Shown here in pieces: positions 28,363 through 37,032 of a DNA stretch of 64,000 nt. The notes beneath the pieces are model-generated. The model did no database searches, was not told where the DNA came from, and saw nothing but the letters and a program-made list of their open reading frames with translations. Positions within the stretch are counted from its first letter, which is position 1, and every line of letters starts with the position of its first letter. Position numbers and translations under genes: made by a program. This DNA is from a virus, in the IMG/VR virus record IMGVR_UViG_3300009509_000010, positions 14,782 to 78,781 of that record; one strand, given 5' to 3'.

Positions 28363-29172
28363 GTGCCAACGACTAAAATCGAGCTCAAAGAACTAGGGCC
28401 AAAACTGCCCCTAGGTATTCCTGGCCCAGATGGCCAACTCCAACGTGATATCGTGTGCAAGCCGTGGCGCGGTTTGGAGGAGCGGGCGGTCGGTCAATTG
28501 CGTGGTGAAGCCCGCGAGGATGGCAACTTCACAACGAGGCTTTTGGCCTACATGTATGACCGCATGGGCCACCACGATTTCACACAAATGAGCATGCCCG
28601 AAAAAGAGGTGGTGATCTCCCAAATGTTTTTTGGGGATGCGCTTTACGCTTATTTTTGGCTCCGCACCCAATGCGTTGGTTACGACCTCAACATGGACGT
28701 GACTTGTCCACATTGTTCGTTTGAATATAAATACAAAGCTGACCTCGAAACGTTGGAGGTCCGATCGGCGGAGGACCTCGAGGCTGTGGTTTGGCAATAC
28801 GACCTCAAACACCCGTTTGAAATACGGGGCAAAACGGCCGAGTCTTTCGAGATATCACCAAGCCGTTGGTCAACAATTCACCGAGCCACAAAACAGGCGA
28901 TCGACACTGGCATTGTAAACCCTAACGCGACCAAAATGGATGTTATGCGATCGTGTGTGACCGGTGTGGTTGGTGTCGGTCCGTTGGTTTTGACCGAAAT
29001 GGAACTCGACTATATGACCAAGATCGATATTGAAACCCTATCATCTAGGATCGACGAGCTCGAGATCGGTCCGAATATGTTGGTGCACCAAAAATGCACA
29101 AGGTGCCGGCGGGGGTTCAAGGTTTCGCTAGACTGGGATTATTCAAGTTTTTTCGAAGTTTCTTCCCGGTAG
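28363..29172 (+). CDS. Tail assembly chaperone (T4 gp26/gp51-like, two CxxC)
   Basis: GDALYAYFWLR..VTCPHC..KCTRC; between tube and tape measure. Confidence 0.75.
   Translation: MPTTKIELKELGPKLPLGIPGPDGQLQRDIVCKPWRGLEERAVGQLRGEAREDGNFTTRLLAYMYDRMGHHDFTQMSMPEKEVVISQMFFGDALYAYFWLRTQCVGYDLNMDVTCPHCSFEYKYKADLETLEVRSAEDLEAVVWQYDLKHPFEIRGKTAESFEISPSRWSTIHRATKQAIDTGIVNPNATKMDVMRSCVTGVVGVGPLVLTEMELDYMTKIDIETLSSRIDELEIGPNMLVHQKCTRCRRGFKVSLDWDYSSFFEVSSR
29148..29154 (+). other. Programmed -1 frameshift slippery heptamer T TTT TTC
   Basis: In-frame AGT TTT TTC shortly before the chaperone stop; -1 frame open to 29351. Confidence 0.8.
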
Positions 29173-29351
29173 CCAAACCAAAGGAGTTTCTCGAGGAGGT
29201 GTTTGCGCTAACCTACTGCATACCGGGGATCACATGGGGGGCTTGTCTCGACATGACGCGGGCCGAGCGGGGTATTTTGTTGGAACGGCTGGTCGAGCAG
29301 AAACGACGCGAGGCCGACAGCATAAAGCGGGCCTCGGGAGGTAAACGGTAG
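29149..29351 (+). CDS. Frameshift extension of tail chaperone (GT-like)
   Basis: -1 frame FFRSFFPVAKPKEFLEEVFALTY..MTRAERGILLERL; stop overlaps tape measure start. Confidence 0.7.
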
Positions 29352-32300
29352 TGGCGTTTGAGCGTATCGGCCTTGGTGGGATCCTTCGGTTTGATGACAA
29401 ACAGGCCTTGGCTGGTATGCAGCGGGCCACGGCCGGTTTTGCCAAGCTTCAGTCTGGCGTGGGCAAGCTCGGGGCCGGTTTTTCGATGATCGGGGATAGC
29501 ATGCGTAACGCTGGGCTTGCCATGCTGCCGATCACGGCGGGGCTCGGTTTTGGTGCCAAAAAGGCGGCCGACTTTGAAAAGCAAATGTCAGCCGTTGGAG
29601 CGATCACTCGCAGCTCGGCCGACGAGCTCGCGGCCCTTTCGAATGAAGCAAAACGCCAAGGTGTGGTTTCAGTTTTTTCGGCCCAACAATCGGCGGAGGC
29701 AATGGAATTTATGGGCCGAGCCGGGTTCAACACCAAGGAGATCATTGATGGCCTTGGCGGTGTCATGGCCGCGGCGGCGGCCGATGGGATCTCTTTGGCC
29801 ACGTCGAGCGATATTGTTGCCCGGGTGGTCAAAGGGATGGGCCTCGAAGTCAAGGAGGCCTCTCATGTGGCCGACGTGTTGGCTTTGACCAGCGCCAAAA
29901 CCAACACCAATATTACGGCGCTCGGTGAGGCGTTTACTTACGGGGCACCACAAGCCAAAGCCCTTGGCATATCACTCGAGGAAACCACCGCGGCATTTGG
30001 TTTGATGGCCGACGCCGGTTTGAGGGGTTCACTTGGTGGCACAAGCTTTATGAATATGCTTGTGAAGCTTAGCAAGCCGAGCACCAAGGCCACCGCAATG
30101 ATCAACAACATGGGAATTAAACTAGAGGACGCCCATGGACGGTTGAAACCACTTCCCGAGATAATCGGGATGTTTAAAAAGGAGCTCGATAAGGTCCAAA
30201 GCACTACCAAAAAAGCGGCTATGATGGCCGAGATTTTCGGCTTGCGTGGTGCTAAAGCCTATTCGGCCCTTTCGCTTGCGGGCCGCGAGAAAATGGCACA
30301 GCTCACCGAGGACTTGGAGGCCTCGAGCTTTGGTTTGGGTGCGGCTCAGGAAATGGCCAACCAACGGCTAGATAACTTCCTTGGGGCGTTGACTTTGTTT
30401 GGGAGCTCGTTGGAGGCCGTGGCAATCGAATTTTTTGGCCCGTTTTTGAACGTGTTCAAAGAAACTACCCAAGACATGACCGCGGCCCTAAACTCCGTCC
30501 TGTTTGCGGTCCAAGGCCTAAAGCAAATCCGGGAGCAGGCGGCCCTTTCGGCGGTCAAGGCAGCCAAGCGGGAATCCACCGCAATCGTTGAGCAACAAAA
30601 AGTCCTTGCGGGTCTACAGCGGCGGGAACAGGCCACCGCCAAAGCTGGGATTGCGGCGATACAAACGCGGATCATTGGCGAGGAAAAGTTGACCCGTGAG
30701 CAACAACGAGCTCGGTCCCGTAGCTTTGCCGAATTCGTCAAAGGCAACTTGGCCCGTGAAAAGTTGACCAAAGCCCAGCGCAAATCGGAATTGAAGGCAA
30801 TTGACGCGTTTATCCAAGCAAACGAGCAGGGCAACTTGACGGCGGCCCAACGGGTCCAGATGGAAAAACGTTACCTGCAAACGCTGGTCACGCTTGGAGC
30901 TAAGGGCAAAAAACTTGGGCAAGCCGAGGCGGCCCGCCGAGCTGCAAACCTGGAAAACTTGATCAACCAACGCGCCGAGGCGGCCAAATTTGAGGCCGCG
31001 GCCGAGGCCGTGATTGTTCGCCAGGAAAAATTGACCGAGATCGAGGAAAAGCATGGGCGCACAGCTCGGTTAATCGCCGAGGGTGTGCTCGAGGCGATCG
31101 ACCAAATCAAGTCCGGATTTCAAACCGCGGTCCAAATGGTTCGGGATTTTGGAACCCGTTTCGGCGAGGCCGTCGGTAGTGACCGAATGAAGGAGTTTGC
31201 CCGAATCGCAACGATTGGCGTTGTGGTAGCGGGAGCTCTGGCCCCAGTGTTTTTGGGATTGAGCGCAATCGGGTTTGTGATCAAGTCCGTTTTTCTACCT
31301 CAGATCATGGGGGTCTATAAGATCTTGGCGGCGTTCAAGCCGGTTGTTTCGGGGCTGCTCGGGGTTGTTCGGGGTTTGATGGCCGCCGCGTTTTGGCCTT
31401 TGGCCGTGGCGATTGGAGTTGTGGGCGGTGCGTTTTTGCTTCTGAGAAAACAGGGCGAAAGTGTATCGGACACGTTTTGGCGGTTAGTGGGCGTGGTCGA
31501 GGACTTCATTGACCCGTTTATTTCGTGGCGCCGAGAGGGCGAAACAACCTTTGAAGCAATCAAACGGGGTATTTTGGAGCTTCCCAAGGCCTTGATGTTT
31601 TGGCGCCAAGAGGGCGAAACCACTTTTGGAGCCATTGGCCGCGGCGTGCAATCCGTGATCGATACACTGATTTTTTGGCGACAGGAGGGCGAGAGCACCC
31701 TTGACGCTTTGAGCCGAGGCCTTTGGGGTGTGGTTGACACTCTGATTTTTTGGCGCCAAGAGGGCGAGAGCACGATCGGAGCCTTGACGCGTGGTTTTGG
31801 TTTGCTGGTTGAGGGTGCCAGGCAACTTTGGGCCGGTGGTATCAAACCGTTCTTGATCGACGCGTGGGCCGGTGTGGTGTCGGTGGTCCAAACGGTGGGC
31901 AACGTTCTTATGGGGGTTTGGGATCAAGTTCAAATTGCTTGGTCTGAGTTTGGGGTGACCGAAAAGATCAAAGCCAATTTCATGTTGTTGGTAGACATTG
32001 CCAAAACCGTGGCCAACGCGGTTGGAGGTGTGGTCACTACAGTTTTGGAAACTGTCAAAACCGTGGTGTGGCCGTTCGTTTCTGGGTTCGTTTCTGGGTT
32101 CGTTTCGGCGTTATCCCCAATAGTAACAACTTGGTTTTCGATTTGGGATTCGGTCGTGCAAGTTTTTGCGGCGGTGTGGGGGACAATCAAAAGCATTTTG
32201 CAGGTTTTTTCTGACACTTGGACCGAGCTCGTTGACCTGTTTATTGACGATTCGGATCGGAGCTCCACCAAATGGTCCGAGCTTGGTCAAACGATTGGAC

Positions 32301-33358
32301 AGGTGGCGGCGTGGCTTGTGGACACGTTTGGCGGGTTGTTGAATACCGTGGTGGGTGTGGTCAAAGAGGTGTTGATCGGGGTGACCGTTTTGATTCGGGG
32401 TTTGGTTGGCTTGTTTGGTTTCTTTGCCAAAGTGGCCGGGCCGACGTTGTTGTTGCCATTCAAGGCCCTTTGGGACGGTGCCAAAGGGGTCGCAAGCGGG
32501 ATTGTTGACCTATTCAAAGGCGATTTTTCGCAAGGCATTAAAAAGATCTTCGTGGCGTTGGTTGACGTGATCTTGCTTCCGTTCCGAATGATAATGAAAG
32601 CGATCGTTCAGTTGACCAAGGCCGCGCCGGGGCTGATGTCAAAATTCGTTTCACCAGAAACGGCGGCCAAGCTCGATCGGTTTGCCAAATTTGGGTTTGC
32701 AGGCCCACCGAAAAAGACGAAGCAAACAGTGGATACGGTGGTACAAGGGGCCGAGGACGCTTCGAAGGTTATCAGTCTGGAGGACGAACGGCGGCGGCGA
32801 GATCGGGATAAAGACGTTGCGAAAACTTTGGCCATGCCAGAGCTCAAAATCCCTGGAATGCCGGCGGTGCCCAAGCCCGAGGGGCGAGTTATCAAAATGC
32901 CGGGTGTGACTGTGGCACCACAACAACCGGTTGAGGCGGTCGAAAAGACCAACCGTGAGCAACAGATTTTTAAAATGTTGAACAGAGCCGGTGTTATTAG
33001 CTCAAGGCAAACCGCTTCGCGGGTATCCGATCTGCTTTCTGAAACCAACAAGGAATTGACCAAGGAAAATGTTTTAGCGGCTAGAAAAGCCCTAGACACG
33101 GTGGCCGAGCGACGCCGCAAGGAGGCCAAGGATCGAGAAAAGGCGGCTGAAAAAGAGCTCCAAGCAAACGTCAAGGTCGAGGATAAACGCAAGCTCGATA
33201 TCACCAACAAAATGTGCGTTGACGGCGAGGCGGCGAGCGTTGCCACCGCGAGGCACAAGCGAAACGTTTTCGAGCGCAACGGGGCGACCCACGAGCCATA
33301 CCTGCAAAAAATGTCAACCGAGACCGGTGTTAGGATGGCGGGTAACTCGAGGAGCTGA
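29351..33358 (+). CDS. Tape measure protein (TP901 family)
   Basis: 1335 aa; FEKQMSAVGAIT, FSAQQSAEAMEFMGRAGF, GLRGSLGGT motifs; hydrophobic helical repeats. Confidence 0.93.
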   Translation: MAFERIGLGGILRFDDKQALAGMQRATAGFAKLQSGVGKLGAGFSMIGDSMRNAGLAMLPITAGLGFGAKKAADFEKQMSAVGAITRSSADELAALSNEAKRQGVVSVFSAQQSAEAMEFMGRAGFNTKEIIDGLGGVMAAAAADGISLATSSDIVARVVKGMGLEVKEASHVADVLALTSAKTNTNITALGEAFTYGAPQAKALGISLEETTAAFGLMADAGLRGSLGGTSFMNMLVKLSKPSTKATAMINNMGIKLEDAHGRLKPLPEIIGMFKKELDKVQSTTKKAAMMAEIFGLRGAKAYSALSLAGREKMAQLTEDLEASSFGLGAAQEMANQRLDNFLGALTLFGSSLEAVAIEFFGPFLNVFKETTQDMTAALNSVLFAVQGLKQIREQAALSAVKAAKRESTAIVEQQKVLAGLQRREQATAKAGIAAIQTRIIGEEKLTREQQRARSRSFAEFVKGNLAREKLTKAQRKSELKAIDAFIQANEQGNLTAAQRVQMEKRYLQTLVTLGAKGKKLGQAEAARRAANLENLINQRAEAAKFEAAAEAVIVRQEKLTEIEEKHGRTARLIAEGVLEAIDQIKSGFQTAVQMVRDFGTRFGEAVGSDRMKEFARIATIGVVVAGALAPVFLGLSAIGFVIKSVFLPQIMGVYKILAAFKPVVSGLLGVVRGLMAAAFWPLAVAIGVVGGAFLLLRKQGESVSDTFWRLVGVVEDFIDPFISWRREGETTFEAIKRGILELPKALMFWRQEGETTFGAIGRGVQSVIDTLIFWRQEGESTLDALSRGLWGVVDTLIFWRQEGESTIGALTRGFGLLVEGARQLWAGGIKPFLIDAWAGVVSVVQTVGNVLMGVWDQVQIAWSEFGVTEKIKANFMLLVDIAKTVANAVGGVVTTVLETVKTVVWPFVSGFVSGFVSALSPIVTTWFSIWDSVVQVFAAVWGTIKSILQVFSDTWTELVDLFIDDSDRSSTKWSELGQTIGQVAAWLVDTFGGLLNTVVGVVKEVLIGVTVLIRGLVGLFGFFAKVAGPTLLLPFKALWDGAKGVASGIVDLFKGDFSQGIKKIFVALVDVILLPFRMIMKAIVQLTKAAPGLMSKFVSPETAAKLDRFAKFGFAGPPKKTKQTVDTVVQGAEDASKVISLEDERRRRDRDKDVAKTLAMPELKIPGMPAVPKPEGRVIKMPGVTVAPQQPVEAVEKTNREQQIFKMLNRAGVISSRQTASRVSDLLSETNKELTKENVLAARKALDTVAERRRKEAKDREKAAEKELQANVKVEDKRKLDITNKMCVDGEAASVATARHKRNVFERNGATHEPYLQKMSTETGVRMAGNSRS
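31526..31825 (+). repeat. 75-bp (25-aa) WRQEGE(T/S)T tandem repeat in tape measure gene
   Basis: tggcg-n5-agggcga units start at 31526, 31601, 31676, 31751. Confidence 0.9.
32074..32108 (+). repeat. 12-bp tandem repeat gttcgtttctgg x about 3 (FVSG)
   Basis: Seen directly in sequence. Confidence 0.85.
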
Positions 33359-33360
33359 CC

Positions 33361-34137
33361 ATGGGTTTTTTCAAACCATCGATCTACGATTACCTACGCG
33401 TTTGGAACCTAATCAATTACGACACCAACGAGACGATCACCGGTCAATTTCACGCTGAGGAGCTGACCCAAAACGTTGGCTCGGCCTACTCGGAAAAATT
33501 CGCGCTAAACCGCGAACACCCGGTTGTACAATTTTTGCATGGTGAGGTTGAAACGGTTTCGTTTCGGGGGCGGTTTCACGCAACCACTTTCGTCGAGGAC
33601 GTGGTCGAGATACTTGAAAAGCTCAAATCGTGGGCCCGCCGGGATGACACCTTGGAGCGGCCCCCGGTTCTAGGTTTTTGGGCGGGGGATAGCCTATCGG
33701 CCTATTTGGTTGAGTGCACCATGGGCCTTTCGAATATTGCCTATGATCGGCCGACGTTCCAAGGTGGTTTGCGTCACGTGACGTTTACCGTTGGCCTGCG
33801 TGAATATAAAAGTTTCCGGATCGACGAAACCGCGATTGGAAACACTCGATACCACCGAGCTCGCGAGTTTGACTATTACGAGAGTTTGGCTCGCCTCGAA
33901 TACGGTGATCCGATGGTGGGGGACGTGATCCGCAAGCTCCACCCCACCAAGCCAAATATCCAGGTGGGGGACGTGATCGAGCTTCCCACCGCTAGCAAGT
34001 TGCGCAAAACCAAAACCGAACCGACCTCGATCCCGTTTGAAACGGGGTTTGGTCGAAAAGACACCCCACAACGGGCCTTGCGTTTGCACATGTTTGAGCA
34101 ACGCAACCGGACCAAGGTGTCCTTTGTGGTAAAGTGA
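33361..34137 (+). CDS. Tail tube initiator with LysM-like domain
   Basis: VQFLHGEVETVSFRG..PPVLGFWAG N-term; ESLARLEYGDP..IQVGDVIELP LysM-like. Confidence 0.7.
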   Translation: MGFFKPSIYDYLRVWNLINYDTNETITGQFHAEELTQNVGSAYSEKFALNREHPVVQFLHGEVETVSFRGRFHATTFVEDVVEILEKLKSWARRDDTLERPPVLGFWAGDSLSAYLVECTMGLSNIAYDRPTFQGGLRHVTFTVGLREYKSFRIDETAIGNTRYHRAREFDYYESLARLEYGDPMVGDVIRKLHPTKPNIQVGDVIELPTASKLRKTKTEPTSIPFETGFGRKDTPQRALRLHMFEQRNRTKVSFVVK

Positions 34138-35276
34138 TGGCCTACGAGGACCTTGCACCGCGTTACGTGGTCGAGATTGGAGGTACCGAGCTATCGGATA
34201 CCATCCAACCGTTTATCTCGCGGGTTGAGTACGATTCGGCTGACGGTATGGCCGACATGGCCCAAGTGGTCATAAACAACCCTAATTATAAGCTCCAAGA
34301 TCTCAAGGTTTGGCAACCGGGCAACGAAATGAGCATTTGGTTTGGGTACGGTGCCCAATTGACCCACGTGGGGCGGGTGATTTTGCGCCGCACGCGGTGG
34401 AATTTCCCCGAAAGTGACATGCCATCGATCACGATCAGCGGGTACACATACGACGCCAAAATGATGGATACCGAGCCCGAAAAAGCCAAGGATCGACGAT
34501 TTAAGGACATGCGCTTTTCCGACGTGGTGGAAGCCGTGGCGTCACGAGAGTATTACCGCAAGCTCAAGCTTGACATTGACACCACAGAAGACGAGCCAAA
34601 AAACCGCCACCAAAAGGCCGGGATCTCAGACTATCAGGTGATCAAGGGGGCGGCCAACTTGACGGGGTATTTCTTTTGGGTGGACGGGGACGAAAACGGG
34701 ACTTGGACTTTGCATTTTAAAAAACCCGAGGCGGTCCTCGACGCGGTGGATCAACCTGATTTGACGTTTCGGCATAACAACGGGGATTTGACTAGCCTGT
34801 TTTCGTTCACTCCAGAGCTTCTGATCCAAGGGGCGAAAACCAAAATCAAGGTTCAATTCAAACACCCTAGAAGTGGCAAGGTAGTCACCCAAGAGGTCGA
34901 GGAGGATCTCGACAGTCCCGACGTCGAGGCCACCGACGATACGAGCGAGGTGGACAACGAACACAAGGCGGCAAATCAAATCAAAATATTTTTCGAGGAT
35001 TTCAGCTTTACCACCGAAACCAAAAAGCAATTCAAAACCGCTGCCGAGGCCAAGGCGTGGGCGGTGGCGTGGTTCAAGTCGCAACGTGAGGCGTTTATCA
35101 CGGGAGAAGGGGTTACAATCGGCCATGATCGGCTGATGTCGCGACAGATCCACACCCTCGAAGGGATTGGCAACATTTTATCGGGACGGTGGTATTTTTC
35201 ACGTGTCAAACACCAACTTTCGGAGTCGGACGGGTACATGTGCACCTTTAATGCTCGGAAACAGGAGGCCGCCTAG
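34134..35276 (+). CDS. Baseplate hub (late control gene D / gp27-like)
   Basis: IWFGYG, QKAGISDYQ, GIGNILSGRWYFSRVKH..GYMCTF. Confidence 0.8.
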   Translation: MMAYEDLAPRYVVEIGGTELSDTIQPFISRVEYDSADGMADMAQVVINNPNYKLQDLKVWQPGNEMSIWFGYGAQLTHVGRVILRRTRWNFPESDMPSITISGYTYDAKMMDTEPEKAKDRRFKDMRFSDVVEAVASREYYRKLKLDIDTTEDEPKNRHQKAGISDYQVIKGAANLTGYFFWVDGDENGTWTLHFKKPEAVLDAVDQPDLTFRHNNGDLTSLFSFTPELLIQGAKTKIKVQFKHPRSGKVVTQEVEEDLDSPDVEATDDTSEVDNEHKAANQIKIFFEDFSFTTETKKQFKTAAEAKAWAVAWFKSQREAFITGEGVTIGHDRLMSRQIHTLEGIGNILSGRWYFSRVKHQLSESDGYMCTFNARKQEAA

Positions 35277-36313
35277 TGCCAGTGCAAACCGAACGTTTCG
35301 AGGCGGTGGTAACGTCAATCGAGGATGACGAAAACCGGGGCCGGATCGAGGTGGCATGCGTGGGCATTGGAGCGGATCCAACGACGCCGATCGCGGTGCT
35401 CGCCGAGCCGGCCCATGATTGGGGGTGGTTCTATATCCCGGACGTGGGCGAGACGGTCGAGATCGAGGTGGTGGTTGCGTCGGATCGAGATCAGGTTTGG
35501 GGCGAGGCGGCCCTCGAGGAAATGCGGCCGGTGTGGCGGTCAAAGCGATATTTGACCGACGCCGAGCTCGAGGACGACGAGGACGGCTCGGTCCCGCGGC
35601 CGATCCATGACGATTTTTTGTCCACCAACTTCGGCAAGCGGCGGGGCTTTTGCACCCCTTGGGGTCATGTGCTTTTGTTTGATGACACCGAGGACGACGC
35701 TCGGATTTATATCACCCACATGGGCGAGCAGCTCGAGCCGGGAAAGGCACCCGAGCCCGAAAAATTCACCCGGGTGGAGCTCGAGCCCGATGGTAGTTTG
35801 AAGATCGGGTTTTTGAACAAACACCAGCTTCATTTGACCACCGAGAAAGGCAACCTGTTAATCGCGTTTGACGGCGAGCCCGGGAGCGAAAAGCACACCC
35901 TCGAGTTTGACGCCGAGACCCCCAAGTTTGAGATCAGCATGGCCGAGGGCGACCACGTGTTAACCTTTGATGGCTCGGGGCCAACCCTCACCACGATCCA
36001 CGGTGGTGGGGCCGGGATGAAAGTGGACCAAAAAGACGGTGATACGGTGACCACCCTCGGGGATGGGGCGGTTAGCGCCACGATCGCCGAGCACCTCGAG
36101 GCGTGGCTAAACGATACCTACACCCCAGCGATCGCAGATATGCATGATCAGCATATGCACCCGGGTGGCCAATACATTGCGCCACTGATCCCATTGTCAA
36201 CGGTCCCGATCATTCCCGGCGGCCCTCCTGGATTGGCACCTGTGGCCCCAGCAAATCTACCTGATTACGACACCAACATAACGAGCGCCAAGCTCGTTTT
36301 CCCGGATAATTGA
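35276..36313 (+). CDS. Baseplate spike (gp5/gpV OB fold)
   Basis: AVVTSIEDDENRGRIEV, GWFYIPDVGETV, TPWGHVLLFDD, C-term HMH. Confidence 0.82.
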   Translation: MPVQTERFEAVVTSIEDDENRGRIEVACVGIGADPTTPIAVLAEPAHDWGWFYIPDVGETVEIEVVVASDRDQVWGEAALEEMRPVWRSKRYLTDAELEDDEDGSVPRPIHDDFLSTNFGKRRGFCTPWGHVLLFDDTEDDARIYITHMGEQLEPGKAPEPEKFTRVELEPDGSLKIGFLNKHQLHLTTEKGNLLIAFDGEPGSEKHTLEFDAETPKFEISMAEGDHVLTFDGSGPTLTTIHGGGAGMKVDQKDGDTVTTLGDGAVSATIAEHLEAWLNDTYTPAIADMHDQHMHPGGQYIAPLIPLSTVPIIPGGPPGLAPVAPANLPDYDTNITSAKLVFPDN

Positions 36314-36314
36314 C

Positions 36315-36638
36315 ATGGGTATTGACTACGAAAAAGCCCGCGAGCGTATTATTTCAGCGTTTTGCGAGGGATTGCTCGGTCAGTACGGATCATCAAGGGT
36401 GGAGGTCGAGGAGCGCGAAGTAGAGCAACCTGGTCCTGCTTATTGGGACAAGGACGAACGTTGGACCGATCCAAACGGCAAACCGAGGGTGGGTCGTTTC
36501 AAGCGCAAACCATCCAAAATGGTTCGCCAAAAGGTCGAGATACAAAAGGGGATACCCGAGGGCCCGCTCCGTGAATACGCCGAGGGGATGGCCAAGGCGT
36601 TTTTGGAAGTGCTCCGGATTGTCGAGGAGGGTGATTAG
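36315..36638 (+). CDS. Hypothetical protein
   Basis: 107 aa ORF between spike and gp25-like gene. Confidence 0.55.
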   Translation: MGIDYEKARERIISAFCEGLLGQYGSSRVEVEEREVEQPGPAYWDKDERWTDPNGKPRVGRFKRKPSKMVRQKVEIQKGIPEGPLREYAEGMAKAFLEVLRIVEEGD

Positions 36639-37028
36639 ATGCCAACGGGCCTACGCATGCCAGTGGGAGTTGACGCCGGTGGAGGTGCGGCCCTCAGCTC
36701 GGCCGACGAGCAAAACCACAAGATTATAAAGATCGCACTTTCGGATTGCGAATCAGAAAACGCTTTCCAGGATATAGGCCTTGGCAATTGGATGATTTAC
36801 GAGATCGATTCACCGGTGGTGCAAGCTCGAGCTCTCAACTTTATCAGGCGACTGTTTCGGCAGTTTCGCGCTGAACAGCGTTACAAACTGCTCGAGCGAA
36901 CGATCGCGTTTTCCAAGACCACCGAGGGCGAACTCGACCTCGAGTTTAAATACCTCGATATTGAAAGCGACCAAGAGGAAACCTTTAAAGCCAGCTTGAC
37001 GGCGGGCGGATTTATCGGGGCGGGGTAA
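36639..37028 (+). CDS. Baseplate wedge gp25/W-like
   Basis: Size, position before baseplate J, GLRMP N-term. Confidence 0.6.
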   Translation: MPTGLRMPVGVDAGGGAALSSADEQNHKIIKIALSDCESENAFQDIGLGNWMIYEIDSPVVQARALNFIRRLFRQFRAEQRYKLLERTIAFSKTTEGELDLEFKYLDIESDQEETFKASLTAGGFIGAG

Positions 37029-37032
37029 GACC

